Part shown: piece after piece, positions 38,663 through 52,234 of the stretch
Position numbering within the stretch: position 1 is the first letter of the stretch
Layout: each line of letters starts with the position of its first letter
NCBI GenBank assembly: GCA_002104905.1
Contig: MCFE01000024.1
Coordinates: 124,001-188,000 of the forward strand
Reading direction: 5' to 3'
Source of the DNA: Basidiobolus meristosporus CBS 931.73
Taxonomy: Eukaryota; Fungi; Basidiobolomycota
Length of the DNA: 64,000 nucleotides
Made by a program: the position numbers and the translations under genes
Notes under the pieces: model-generated
Database searches by the model: none
Told to the model about the DNA's origin: nothing
What the model saw: only the letters and a program-made list of their open reading frames with translations

Positions 38663-40639
38663 TGTTGTAAGATTCTTGGAGGTATTGGAAGTGATTGGGT
38701 GGACTAGTAGATTATGTGGTTTTCACCTAATGATTTACTGAATGTAAAAGTAGTATCTATACTTTTACAGGGTCCTGGCATATCAAGCATGTAGAATAGA
38801 TTACAGAAGGTCTCAAGAACATGTGTGCAAAGTTTGGGGCTGTTTGGACAGCTTTGAGAATTTTCCTGTTCAAGGTACCTGGTATTTTGGTGAAAATATT
38901 CTAAGTAAATCCCGGCAAGGAATTTAGTCAGTATTCTCTAGGATTTGAAAGTAATGATCTAAGTGGCCAAGTTAGATGAATATTCAGGTGGAATTCCAAA
39001 CTTTTACAACACTCCTACCCAGCTAAATGGTCATAGTGGCTAGTCCAAGTTATTTTATACAGGATTGTAGCTATCACATCCTCATCAGTAGTTGGTACAC
39101 CCACAGATTCTGTTTCATCTACCAGCAGGGTAATTCTGTTAATTAGATTTTTCATTTCTTCTCCTGGCAGCATCTTTGTAGTAATGAGTTTTTATCTCAG
39201 ATACATTTTCTTAGCAGCTGAGCATGACTGGTAGGTGTCTTCTAATGCCTTCCATGCATTCTTTGCCGTTTTTGCTCTTGGGATTGAATTAGCAATTTGT
39301 TCTTAAAATTAAGGCAAATGTAGTAAAGGCACTTTGTTCTTTCTTCTGGTAATTCAAGGCTTCCTGTACCATGTTTTTAGGAGGGCATTCTTCTCCTATG
39401 AAAGTATTGCAAAGGCCTCTTTCTTGTAGCAGAATTTTCATCTTCACCACCTACACTTGGTAGTTAGATCCATCCAGCTTTTCAGCAGAGGGAAGAATTC
39501 CAGTATTAGCAGTAGTAGACATTGCAGAGAGTGACAGCTTGGGGCTCATAAACTGTTGTAAGAGTCTTGGGGATATTGGAAGTGATTGGTAGAACAAGTA
39601 GATTAAGTGGTTTTCACTCTATGATTTACTGAATAGACTTGTTCCGTTGGATAGTGCCACATTGAGCCATGAGTGCCAAATGATGCCATAGTGTGCCAGA
39701 GAGGTAAAGTGAGCCTATACTTGGCCACAGAGTGTGAAACATAGCTCTACATCTACATGTAAAGCAGCCCCTGTGTTTCACCCATTGAGCAGGAGAAAAT
39801 CCATTTTTTGACCTTTTTTTGTGGATCAATGTAGCTCAGGATGTGTAAGAGCACAGGAGAACTGAAGATTTGCATCTGGTACTCAATACCCATGGCACTC
39901 TGAATCTAGCTCCTGTAGCTTGTATCATGTCACAAAAATGAATGGCACTATCTTGGTACACTGGTACTATCTGGCACTATAAGTGTTTTGTATAGATCTT
40001 ACTTTAGGGCTAATATTTAAATATAGTGCCAGATAGTACCAGTGGACCAAGATAGTGCCATTCATTTTTGTGACATGATACAAGCTACAGGAGCTAGATT
40101 CAGAGTGCCATGGGTATTGAGTACCAGATGCATATCTTCAATCTGCTTGTGCTCTAACACATCCTGCACAACATTGAACCAAAAAAAAAAGGTCAAAAAA
40201 TTGGTTTTCTCCAACACAATGGGTGAAACACAGGGGCTGATATGCATGAAGATGCAGAGCTATGTTTCACACTCTGTGGCCAAGTATAGGCTCACTTTAC
40301 CTCTCTGGCACACTATGGCATCATTTGGCACTCATGGCTCAATGTGGCACTATCCAACGGAACAAGTCTAATACAGAAGTTGTATTTATACTTTTACATG
40401 GTCTTGGCATTACTTACAAATAGAGTAGGTTAAGAGAGGCCCCAAGAGCATGTATGCAAAGTTTGGGGCTGTTTGAACAGCTTTAAGAATTTTCATGTTC
40501 TGGGTACCTGGTATTTTGGTGAATACATTATAAGTAAATCTCAACAAGGAATTTGGCCAGTATTCTCTAGGATTTGAAGCTAATGATCTAAGTGACAAAG
40601 TTAGATGAATATTTAGGTGGAATTCCAAATTTTACAATA
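38663..40639 (-). mobile_element. Internally deleted (TRIM-like) family A element A4: LTRs 38663-39011 and 39554-40639, the latter interrupted by the foldback element
   Basis: PBS and about 500 bp of 5' gag are fused directly to the roughly 45 bp upstream of the PPT. No clear TSD. Confidence 0.8.
39635..40369. mobile_element. 735-bp foldback/MITE-like non-autonomous element of the Pangu-like family
   Basis: Inverted arms of about 345 bp surround a spacer of about 40 bp. The terminal 28 bp (AGACTTGTTCCGTTGGATAGTGCCACAT) are identical to the transposase-proximal end of copies 1 and 2. TSD AAT/AAT within an A LTR. Confidence 0.92.
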
Positions 40640-42165
40640 ATATAGTCATATATCCTAAAGAGGTACCAATTGGAAGTCTGTAAGCCAAAACCTACTGCAA
40701 TGGACCCAAACCTTAAGTTTACCAAAACTCAAGCAAATTGTTAGAGCTTGGTGCCATACAAAAGCCCATGGCTCCATTACTAGATGATGATGTACATAAT
40801 CTGTAGAACAAGTCCAGATATCTCATAGTCAGTGTGAATTGTAGCCAGAATAATGATATCAATGGATCTTACCATATTGCAGCAGTATAGGGCATTTTTA
40901 GATTTTTGAACAGAGCTGTTGATATCTGCTTACAGTGTAACTATACAGACCAATAGCATGCATTGGTGGGATACTCTGATGCTGATGGGGTATGAAAGCT
41001 ACAAAACAGAAGAAACACCACAGGATACACATTTGCTTACTGTAAAGGAGAGACTAAATGGAACTTGAGAAAGTATCTACTATTGCACTTTCCACCACAA
41101 AGGCAGAGTATATGGAAGCCTGTCAGGCTACAAAAAATGAGCTACACTCCCATAAGGTAAATGAGTTTGCACAGACATGCAATTGGTCTATCACATGCTC
41201 CATGTCCACCATTGTAGACAGAGTGGTGATCCCATGCACAGGGAAGTCAACAATATTAAGAAATCAGAGAATTATCACAATACTGCAGTAAAAACTTGGA
41301 TCATTAGTAGGCACCCCAGAGAGTTGTAGCACATCTTCAGGTATAGTGCCCAAGAAAATTCTCATAAAAATAGCAGGATTTATTGCAAAGACTGGCAAGC
41401 AAGGTGCCAGATATTGCAGTGTTAGCCCAAGACCAGGACATATAGGACCTAGTGAAAAACTAAGGCATAAAGGCATAAGCACAATGAAAAATAATTTGGT
41501 ACTGCAGTTGGATCCAATCTGATGATCTTACTGTAGTGCTCACTTACATAAGCGTACCTAACTGGCCAATACATCCAATTGCCTTATATGGCAAAAAACT
41601 GAGCAATGTTCTGAAGGGCCCCATGTAGATCTTTTTTGGCAATATAACAGCAGTACAGCACATTCCAGGTGGTTCTGTATAGTGCTACTGTATCAGGTTA
41701 CCATGTGGCATTTTTCTTTTCCCTCCCCATGTGCCCCTCATATATCCCACTGTAGAATCATCCCTACTTTTATTAACAAACTCAGGATTTGAAAGCAAAA
41801 TTTTACACTTTTGTCCTTGACCACATTTGGAATTATCTTGGAAGCATAAATTAATTAGTTCAGAGGCAAATTTTGGTGTTTATTCTGGATTAGTTACTGA
41901 TTTTACTAATGCAAACTATTTTGTTGTTGTGCAAAATAAACCTGAATGATGCAATGCTTATCAAAGTGGTGAATGTTAACTATATGGAGAAATGCTACTG
42001 GCTGCAACAAATAGATTTACATATACTAAGAAAGACCATACTATTTATGGTATGGTTTTAAGTGGATTGGTGGTAAGATTTCGCAAAGCTGCCTTTATCA
42101 TAAATTATTAGTATAATTTGGAAAAAGAAGCAAGTATAAAAGAAAGCATTATTGCAACTAGGAAG

Positions 42166-42535
42166 TGTTGCAATTCTAAAAAGTGATTTGGATATAAGGA
42201 ACTTATCAAGAATTAGTGATAATAGTTGAACTGTTGTTTATTCATAAAGAAGCTCAGTATTTATACCTTTGTAGAAGTAATACAGCTGTAACACTAAGTA
42301 GGGAGGGTTTCTCAATATTCAGGAGCATTCTGTAACAGTTTCAGGGTTAGTACATAATGTTTGGTAATAGTGCTAATCTGATCCTGACTATAGGGGAATA
42401 ATCTCAAGATCATATATTTGGAGAAAGTGGCAAAGTTAAGGCAGTAAATGAGTCCTACAGTGACTAAGACTAGTCTAGAATTGTTAAGTGAATTTTTAGC
42501 TGCTGAATGATACCAAATAGTCCAATATTTCAACA
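42166..42535 (-). mobile_element. Solo LTR, copia family C
   Basis: TGTTGCAA...TTTCAACA termini, perfect TSD GGAAG/GGAAG, homologous to the LTRs of 45820-50503. Confidence 0.92.
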
Positions 42536-42724
42536 GGAAGAGCCAAACATACCTTGGTACACTTGTTCTGATAAGAAGTAGTTGCTTGTTGCATCCAACC
42601 CAACCTTGTATCACTCAACTGATAAATCATGAATTGGGACTAAATAGCTTTTTAATGCCTAAGGTATAGGTGTCTCCATGAGTACATATGTCCAGATAAA
42701 CCTTCAGCCTTGCCAGCTCTCCTC

Positions 42725-42910
42725 CCCAAGTGGAGCATATATTTTGATATCTAAGGTGATTCAGCATATTGGATGGTAAATACAGAGGAAAGTCATACAC
42801 TTGAGAAAACAGCAGAGTAGGTAAAATAGTTAAGTTACTTATTAATACTCAGTATAATCATACAGGAAGACATCCACTGAAAGAATTGTTTCTCAAGCAT
42901 TATTGCTAAG
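42725..42910 (+). pseudogene. Relic of the Pangu-like transposase C-terminus
   Basis: Translates VEHIF*YLR*FSILDGKYRGKSY...KIVKLLINTQYNHTGRHPLKELFLKHY, matching the end of 25729..26613. Confidence 0.8.
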
Positions 42911-42929
42911 CTGCAGATAATAACATTCT

Positions 42930-43170
42930 CCCCTACTAAAGTTGAGAGGGTTCTCCCAAATTTCTTTTCTTGAGATACCAATAACTTGATGGTTCAGTAT
43001 TATTAGTGACCTGATCCTGTTGTGGTACCACTATAAAGCTGCATCTCCCAAATAGAAAGCTGTATCAGAGAACTTACTTTCAGGGTCAATTCTTTCAGAT
43101 GTAAAATTCTTCAATTTGAAAGTGCCAAGTTCCAGATTTTCATTGAGTACACTATAGCACTAGTTGACCT
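42930..43170 (-). mobile_element. Probable gypsy gag fragment
   Basis: WHFQIEEF...KFSDTAFYLGDAAL*WY resembles the retrotransposon gag pattern W..QxE.F...A..YL.GxA..WY. Confidence 0.45.
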
Positions 43171-43199
43171 TTACACTAAAGGTACTCTTGACAGGGCTT

Positions 43200-44349
43200 A
43201 TATAGTAAATAACAGCTTTTGTATTAGTATATGATGCTCGTTATAAGTTCTAATTTGATCTTGACTATAGGGGAACAATTGTTGGATTGCAGATCTGAAG
43301 AAAGTGGCAAAGTAAGGGCTGCAAATTAGTCCTACAGCAACCAAGACTCTTTCAGCATTGTTGAGTAAATTTTTTACTACTGAATTATACCAAATAGCTC
43401 ATTATTGCTACACTCACCTTTGACTATAAAATTTGTTAATCCTAGTTTCTCTCTGAATCTCTCAGATTGCGGCCTAGCAAGTGATTTTGTCAGTATTCAT
43501 GTCAACATTTGTCAGATAGGTAGTAAACTACCTCTACTATGCTATCTTACACAGCTTCCACTACAAAGTGGTGTTGAATGTCTTTGTGCCTAGTTCTTAC
43601 ATAATCATTAGGATATCTAGTTAATGAAATACAACTTTGACTATCCTTGTGATTAGATGTTGGTTCATTTGAACAAAATCAAGGTTTTAGAGTATTTTTT
43701 GTAACCATATAACCTCCTTAGTTGCTTAACAAGCAGCCTTACATTTGGCTTCAATCATAGTTAGGGCTACAGTTGGTTGATTCTTACAATTCCAAGTACT
43801 AACTGACCAGTATATAGAAGTACAAACCCACTGGTAGAGCATCTGTCAATAAGATCCCCACCCAATCCAATTCACTTAAGCCATTCAATCTTTGCCTATT
43901 AGTTGCTCCAGAGTAATCCAGAAATGTATTAATTGTACCTTGCAGATGTCAGATGACTTGCTTAACTGCTGCAATTTGGTCAAATTCATAACTCTGCATG
44001 AACTGACTGACAACTCCAACTGTCACTGCAACATCTAGATGAGTAGACACCATCATGTACATCAAGCTACTAACCATTGATTGATAGGGAAATGTTTAGT
44101 CCATTTTGGGGCTATTTTCACCTATAATTGAATGAGTTCTGGTCTATTTCAGGTTAATGCCCATGGGGGTTGCTGTGAGCTAGTAATTTTTCATTGAACC
44201 ATCTAAGAATACTCCTGATGTACCTGGACTGATTGTGTACAAGTATCACAGTAGGTATGCTAAACTTGGCTTCAATTTCCAGAATGCAGCTCAATTTTCT
44301 AAGATCTTTCATCTCAACCTTGCTAAAGTGGTATAACTCAAACAGCAAG
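43200..44349 (-). mobile_element. Truncated family C-like copia 3' end (RT/RNase H plus partial 3' LTR, 43200-43412)
   Basis: Diverged homolog of 46000-47100; KDLRKLSCILEIEAKF RT remnant. Confidence 0.75.
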
Positions 44350-45120
44350 TATGAAAATGAATGCCAATGAAGAAAACCTACCAGCTTACATATCTGGAAA
44401 CTGAAAATTTGACCCGGCTATTGGAAAAACATTGCTTTACCACTGTAATCAATCAATCAGCTGGAGGACACTTACCATTCAGATCCAAAAAGGTAACCAG
44501 ACCTATGAGCTACTACCTGCCAGTCTGGATTGCAACTTGGTTGATTTCAGTGTGTTTGACACAAGTGGACTTAGCAAGTCACAGCCCAGTAGAGCACTTA
44601 GAGATGGTACCCAGATGTTTCTCATGGCACTATTAGTAGATGATACCTGTACTCCAGTTCCCCAGAAAGTCCATACTACTCTGAAGGAATATTCTGATGT
44701 GCTTCCTGAGGAATTAAAAAGCCTACCACCAGTTGGAGATGTGAATTATGCCATTGACATGGGAGTTAGCTCCCCAGTGAGCAAGACACCTAACAGAATG
44801 AGTTCATTGGAATTGGAGGAAATGAAGAGACAAATTTACTAACTATTGGAGCATGAATACATCAGGCCCAGCTAGTCACCCTGGGGAACACCAGAGCCAT
44901 GTGCAGAGATGAAGGATGGAGGACTTGGAAGGTGAATTGACTACAGAGCCCTTACCTCAGTTACCATGAGAAATAAGTAACCCATACCTTGGATCATGGA
45001 GCTTTGGACCGGCTCAATGGAGCTGCCATATTCAGCTAGATTGATCTCAGGCAGGATACAGGTGGGTTGAAGCTAGAAGAAATCCTGAAGACAGCATTCA
45101 GGGACAGATATGAACACTAA
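44350..45120 (+). mobile_element. Ty3/gypsy pol fragment (protease linker to RT N-terminus)
   Basis: LKEYSDVLPEELKSLPP...YAIDM...KTPNRMSSLELEEMKRQI...IRPS*SPWG...IDYRAL...RNK*PIP. Confidence 0.8.
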
Positions 45121-45736
45121 CAGCACTTGTCATGAGTTTTGACCTCAAATGGCTTTTTGGTAAACTGGTCTGGCAGATTAGGTTTCAAGAGTCTCATAAA
45201 GATGGAAGTCTGTTTAGCCTCAAGGAGAACATGTTTCATCTCTTCTAAGTATGGAATACCCAACTTGTTATCCCTAGCTGCATGTAAGTCAACTTTCTTT
45301 GCCAAGTCCTAGGGAAGTCCATCAGCAAGGTAAAGAGTCATGGTAAATCCAGCTACAGCCTGGCACTCAAGGGGTGGCTTGGCCATCTCTTCATGCATCT
45401 GAATGAGCTCATCAATTGGTAGCTTAGAGAGTCTAGTCCTTTTACAGTGTCTCAGGTGTGTAACTCCATAGTTTACATGGGGTCTTCCCTACTTGGCTTG
45501 TAGGTAGGCCTTCATTGATATCTAGTGATTGAGAATGTCACCTTGTCTCAAAAGCTTGATGGTAATATCATTGGTGCAGTAATAGTGGAAGTCTTCAGGC
45601 ATTATTGATCAGAGTGGCAGCACATCTGGCAGAGATTTCCCCATTAGGATATGAAGCTTTGCACATTCTTTCCATCCAGTGGTGGGGCTCCTGATGATGG
45701 TGGTTATGGCATAGAATTCATCATAGATAGGTAGCA

Positions 45737-48700
45737 TGGTGTTGTATAAGTTCCAGGAAGGGATACATCCAACACTTGTAAAGTATTTAGTACATGGAGT
45801 GTTTACTAGGTGCAATAACTGTTGCAATTTAAGATGTGATTTGGATATAAGGATCTTATCAAGAAATAGTGATAATAGTAAACTTTTGTTTTTAATAAAG
45901 AAGCTCAGTATTTATACCTTTGTAGAAGTAATACAGCTGTAACACTAAGTAGGGAGGGTTTCTCAATATTCAGGAGCATTCAATAACAGTTTCAGGGTTA
46001 GTACATAATAGTTAGTATAAGTGCTAATTTGATCCTGACTATAGGGGAATAATCATAAGATCGCAGAACTGAGGAAAGTAGCAAAGTTAGTGCTGTAGAT
46101 TAGTCTCACAGTGACCAAGACTAGTCCATAAATGATAAGTAAATTTTTAGCTGCAGAATAATACCAAATAGTCCAATATTTCAACACTTCCCCTGAACTA
46201 AATAATTTCTTGATCCTAATTCCTCTCTGAGATTCTCAAATTCTTGCCTAGCCAGTGGTATTGTCAATATATCTGCCACCATTTTGTTAGTTGGGCAGTA
46301 CACTAAATCTACCAAGTTATTTTCTACAGCTTCCCTCACAAAGTGATGCTGTATATCAATGTGCTTAGTTCTGGCATGATTAATAGGATTTCTAGCTAAT
46401 GAGATACAACTTTGATTATCCTTTTAAATACATGTTGGTTCATCTGAATTAAAACCTAAGTCTTTGAATAATTTTTGTAGCCATACAGCCTCCTTAGTTG
46501 CTTGACATGCAGCTATTTATTTGGCTTCAGTTGTAGATAGGGCCAGAGTTGGTTGTTTCTTGCAATTCCAAGGAATAGCTGCACCAGCATAAATAAAATA
46601 CACAGCCTGTGGTAGAATGTCTGTCAATCAGATCCCTACCTCAATCTAGATCACTATAACCATCAAATATTTGCCTATTAGCTGCTCCAAAGTATTTGAG
46701 TACCATATTTATGGTACCTTGTAGATATCTGAAAGTCCGCTCAACTGCTTCAATTTGATCTGATCCATAATTCTGCATGAATTGACTGACTGTTCCAACT
46801 GCCACTGCAATATCTGGATGTGTAGACACCATCAAGTACATTAGGCTACCAATTGTTGATTGATAGGGAAAGTTTTGATCCATATTTAAGCTGTTTTCAT
46901 CTATAACTGGCTGAGATTTGCTTAATTTCAGGTTATTGTCCATAGGGGTTGCGGCAGGCTTGTAATTTTCCATTTTAAAGCGTCTAAGAGTGTCCCTGAT
47001 GTACTTAGACTGATTCAGCACAATACTCTGTGTAGGTATCTCAAATTTGACCTCAATTCCAAGAAAATAGCTAACCTTTCCAAGATCTTTCATCTCAAAC
47101 TTGCTGAAGAGATCTGATTTTATCTCTATAAGTGCCTTTTAGTCACTTGAAGCTATAATTAGGTTGTTCACATAACAAACTAGGATGATCACACCCTTTT
47201 TGAGTTGTTTCACATATATACTGTGATCTTCAATGCTACAAGAGAGCCCAATTTCCACTAGATATGTGTCAATCTTGTTATACCATGCTCTGGGTGCCTG
47301 CTTAAGCCCATACCACAATTTTCTAAGTTTGCACACCCTATTGGGTACTTTTGGATTGGTAAAGCCTTCTGATTGCTCCATATATATAGTTTCTTGCAAA
47401 TCCCGTTTAGAAAGGCTGTTTTGATGTCCATTTGGTGTAGATCTAGACTGTGTACAGCTGCCAGGGCTAGAACTGTCCCAATGGAGTTAAACTTGGCAAC
47501 CGGAGCAAATGTTTCCTTTAAGTCTAGTCCTTGGATCTGAGAATAGCCTTTAGCCACCAATCTAGCCTTGTACTTACCAACGGTACCATATGAGGCTATC
47601 TTGATCTTGTAGATCCATCTACATCCTATTGGCTTTATCCCATTTGGTAAATCTACCAGTTGCCATATTTTTGCCTTGATCAGTGATTGGTACTCCTCCT
47701 GCAAGGCTTGTTGCCACTTAGTAGCATCTGGACTTTGCATTGCCTGTTCCAGATTCTGAGGTTCGGCACATAAGGCAAGATAAGCTTCTTCATGATCATT
47801 AGATGTCTGCCACCAGGATCCAAGGGCATTTCTTATTCTGGTGGATCTCCTAACTGGAATAATCTGTTCTGATCTGGAACTGGTAGAAGTATCTTCCATC
47901 TCTGGCTGGACTTAGTACATATCTTCTTCATTAGTGTTGATTGCATCATCAGGCAGCTGGCCAATGATTTCTGTGGCTTTCTGATCTGAATTCTCCTCAA
48001 ATACAACGTCCCTGCTCTTGATCAGCTTCTGAATTTTGCCATCATACACTCTATACCCTTTAGTATTTTCATAATACCCAAGAAAGATCCTGTTCCTACT
48101 CTTTGGTTCCAACTTTATGTGTTTTTTGTCAGGAATGTGATCAAAAACATCACTGCTAAAGATCTTGATGTGCTGGAGATCTGGTTTTTTGCCTGTATAT
48201 GCTTCAAAGGGTGTAGAATCACATAGTGTGCTTGTTGGGCATCTGCACTTGATGTATACAGTGGTAGCAACAGATTCAGCCCAAAACTTGTAGTCCATTC
48301 CCTTATCATGTAGCATGGATCTTCCCATCTCTACTATTGTTCTATTTGGGCATTCTGCTACTCCATTTTGCTGTGGAGTATGAGGAACTGTGGTCTGTTA
48401 GAGTATACCAGTAGACAAGCAGTATTTTGCAAACTCCTTTGAGCAGTGTTTTCCTCCATTGTCACTTTGTAGTACCCTCAATTTACACCCAGTTTGTGTT
48501 TCTGCCCATGCTCTTGAAGTGCTTAAATGTCTCTAAAGCTTCATCATTTGCTTAGAGAAAGTACACCCATGAATATCTTGTTTTGTCATCAATTAACGTC
48601 ATAAAGTATCTCTTGGCTCCAAAGGACAGTGTTCTCATGGGGCCACATATTTTGGAGCGTACAATAGCCAATATTTTAGTGGTATTGATGCCTTCTGAGC

Positions 48701-50870
48701 TCTTCAAACCTCGCCAAGCTTGCTTGCAATATGAGCATCTCTTATAGACACTGAATTTGATTGGAATTGAGTAGTTTAGGCCTAAAATAAGCTGATTTCT
48801 CACCAATTGGCTCATTTTCTGTTCCCCAATGTGTCCTAGCCGCCTATACCATGTCTCCTAGCTGGTTTCATCAGTTTCAGCAATGTTGACATACTCAGGT
48901 ACAATGATCTTGCATTGTAACTTGTATGTATTGTGATATCTGATTCCCAAAGCTAATTTTTGTCCATTCTCACTCAATAGCGAGCAGCTCATCTTAGTAG
49001 AAACAAATCTCAGTCCCTGAGCAGTTGCTTTACTGACTGAGAGTAGGTTCTTAGCTAGTCCAGGTACATAGAGTATGTCAGTGAGTCTTGCTGTAGTTGC
49101 CCCTCAGCTATTGCTCATATTTAGTTGTATAGTCCCACTTGTGGTAGCTTCCAGAGCAGAGTTATCTCCCAGATACACCTTTCTTACGGGAATAGTTTTT
49201 AAGTTGCTCAACCACTCCTTTATACCACAAATATGCTGTGATGCTCCAGAGTCAATACACCATTCATTACTTTGATTACTTGCATTGTCTTGTATGGTTA
49301 CAAATAACTGTTCAGCAGTAGTTGTATGGTTTGCCTGCTCTAGTTTCCGTTTTTTGTCTGCTTGTATCTTCTTGCATTCTCTTGCCCAGTGTCCTGGCTT
49401 CTTACAATAGTTACAGCAGCCAGGTTTTCTTTGGTTTTGTTTCTTTCCCTTCTTTTCTGTGTGCCTTTCTGAACTGAATAAAGCATTATCTTCAATTTTC
49501 TCTGCTTGATCATTGCGTCTGAGTTCTTCATGGAGAAGTGTTCCTTTGACATAGTCTAAAGTCAAGTTGTCTTCTCTGCTTTCAAAAGAAAGTATGAGTG
49601 GCTCATACTTGTCTGGTAGGTTGCAAAGCAGACAGAGTATTGTTTCTTCATCATCTACACCAGCATTAATACTGCAAAGTTCTTCTGCAAGTGTCTCCAT
49701 TTTGGTAATGAGTTGCAGCATGTCATCATTTGGCTTCATCTTCATGTTGAAGAACTTTGGTTTCAAATAAAGCATGCTTGATACTGACTTTGCCCTAAAG
49801 ATCTTCTCAAGGGATTTCCATGCTGCTTTGGCAGTATTTGAGGCATGGATTTGTCAAATGAAGGAATCTTGCACATTGATACATATGACATTAAAGGCCT
49901 TTCTCTCCTTCTCTTGAAACTTCTCCACTTCCTCTGCTGTTCCTTTGGGCTCAACTTCCTTTCCTGTTACTATGTTCCAAAGCTTTCTTTCCTCAAGGTT
50001 GATCTGCATCTTGACTCTCCAAAGTCTGTAGTTCTTCCCATCAAACCTCTCCTTTACAGGGAAGATGTTTTTGTTGTTCTGTGTGCTGGTAAAATCTTCT
50101 TTAGAATAGATTAAGGCAGTCAGGCCTCATAACCTGTTGCAATTTAAGAAGTGATCTGGATATAAGGAACTTATCAAGAAATAGTGATAATAGCTGAACT
50201 GTTGTTTATTAATAGAGAAGCTCAGTATTTATACCTTTGTAGAAGTAATACAGCAGTAGTACTAAGTAAGGAGGGTTTCTCAATATTCAGGAGCATTCTG
50301 TAATAGTTTCAGGGTTAGTACATAATAGTTAGCATAAGTACTAATTTGATCATGACTATAGGGGAATAATCATAAGATCATAGATCTGAAGAAAGTGGCA
50401 AAGTTTGAGCTGTAAATTAGCTCCACAGTGGCCAAGACTAGTCCAGAATTGTTAAATAATTTTTTAGCTGCAGAATGATACCAAATAGTCCAATATTTCA
50501 ACAATAACATCAGGCAAAAGCTTGCTAGGAATACTTAGGTTTTGTCCTTAATCTAGTGCAATAGAGAATATAGCCACAAGTTTGTCAAGGGAAAACTATT
50601 GAGCTACAATCCCAACTTAGTTGGCACCATAAAAGAAGTATGCACCAGATTCAGCACACTTTGATATGAAAATGTACTAAAGCTTCCAAAGTGTTAACAG
50701 CTGTAAACTCTACCAGCAGGGACTTGATAAGATTGCAGGTGTGTTCAATAGTAACAAAGACAGAAAAGTATCTTTTTCTGTGCAAGAACAAACTTGTGCA
50801 AAATCAAATATAATAAAAGATACCTACTCTGAGTGTTCCTCACAAGTAGTGCCCCTAAGATCAGCTGGCT
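45737..50870 (+). mobile_element. Diverged partial family E LTR split by element C (45737-45819 + 50509-50870)
   Basis: Both pieces align with 35092-35530 and join at the ATAAC target. Confidence 0.75.
45820..50503 (-). mobile_element. Full-length degenerate Ty1/copia element C (4684 bp; LTRs 45820-46186 and 50135-50503)
   Basis: Perfect TSD ATAAC/ATAAC, PBS GGTTATGAGGCC and PPT AGGGGAAG. Gag knuckle CNYCKKPGHWAREC, PR WCIDSGASQH, integrase, RT (YKARLVAKGYSQ, HQMDIKTAFLNG) and RH are present with several stops and frameshifts. Confidence 0.96.
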
Positions 50871-51470
50871 TGTGGGGCAATAGTTCCTGTAATGGCAGGG
50901 AAGCTTAACAAGGGATCTCCTTGAGTAGATTGGGGTAGTTGGTCCACAGTGCTTGGTATAGATTTCCTCTGATGTGTCAAAAGGAAATCCAGTGGTAGTG
51001 ATGGCATTGATGAGAAAAGATCATTCAGATGAGAGAGTAATATTAAAATTGGTATTTGATTGAGTTGAGGTGATATGAGCTGAATTGGCACAATCAGCTT
51101 AACTTATATGATTTTCATGCATTATGATTGATTCTTCATTAATTACCATGCATCCATCATTATGTTACAAAAAACATCCTCAAGCAATTACTTGGTGACT
51201 TTATTGATGATTTACTTGCAAGTCTATGATGAAATAGGAAATCTGCAATTGATGTGATCTGATCCATGTGAATGCAATCCAAGATGCATCATGCATAATA
51301 GAAGGAAAATCAAAAATCACATTAGTTTTCAAATATATCTCACATACAACCAGGTCAATGCCAATCAACTACTATATAATTATCCAAATCTGTCACTATG
51401 GTCCCTATACAAAGTCTCAACACATCTTTAGTACAACCCAGACAAAACCCATACCCCAGCTCGTACATGC

Positions 51471-52234
51471 ATAAAACTAGGACTAGTCAGTATTGTTATG
51501 ATCTGCCGCTTGAATATTTAAGTTCGATCAGTTTTTAGTCAAATCAATTAGTTAAAATTTAGGTTATCAGTACATCAGTATTATCTATGAGATCAGTAGC
51601 ATTAGTCAGCAAATGAATCAGCAGATCCTTATCAGACAGAAACAGATATATTAAGTAGGATCTTATTGGGTGATGATGATGCAATCAAATGAGTCATCAG
51701 CCACAACCTACATTGGGAAATACAATTAGTCAGCAATTGATCTGGCAAAATGTATATAAGGAGCTGCTGGAACCTCAATAAAAATCAGTTCAAGCTTTAG
51801 TGAATACAATACTAGCTAAACTCCCTATTCCTCTAAAACTCTCATACCAAGACTTGTAACAGTATGAACATTTAGCTGAGTGGGGTGTTGTAAAAATTTG
51901 TATTTTGACCTAAATACTCACCTTACTTAGTCACTTAGATCATTACCTTCAAATCCTAGAGAATACCGACCAAATTCCTTGTTGGGATTTACTTGGAATA
52001 TTTTCACCAAAATACCAGGTACCCAGATTATGAAAACTCTCAAAGTTGTCCAAGCAGCCCCAAACTTTGCTCACATGTTCTTGGGATCTTCCTTAACCTA
52101 TTCTATGTGTTTGTAATGCCAAGACCACATAAAAGTATAAATACTACCTTTACATTTAATAAATTATTAAGTGAAAACCACATAATCTACTTGTCCTCCC
52201 AATCACTTCCAATATCTCCAAGACTCTTACAACA
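51471..52234 (+). mobile_element. 5'-truncated family A end (about 50 bp internal sequence, PPT and 3' LTR 51886-52234) inserted in Pangu-like copy 3
   Basis: GGACTAGTCAGTATGAACATTTAGCTGAGTGGGG precedes the LTR, as in A2. The host sequence rejoins without a TSD. Confidence 0.8.
51494..51861 (+). mobile_element. Solo LTR family F (368 bp, 4-bp TSD)
   Basis: TGTTATG...TGTAACA termini with TSD GTAT/GTAT; contains TATATAA and AATAAA-like signals. Confidence 0.85.

Larger units (their letters stand above)
23850..41130 (+). mobile_element. Copia family A element A3, heavily interrupted (5' LTR split into 23850-24143 + 36911-36970; gag-pol pieces 36971-38662 and 40640-41130)
   Basis: The LTR halves rejoin across the B insertion. 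PBS GTTTATGAGCCC is at 36971, followed by gag, PR, GAG-pre-integrase and RT/RH remnants. No 3' LTR is seen. Confidence 0.8.
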
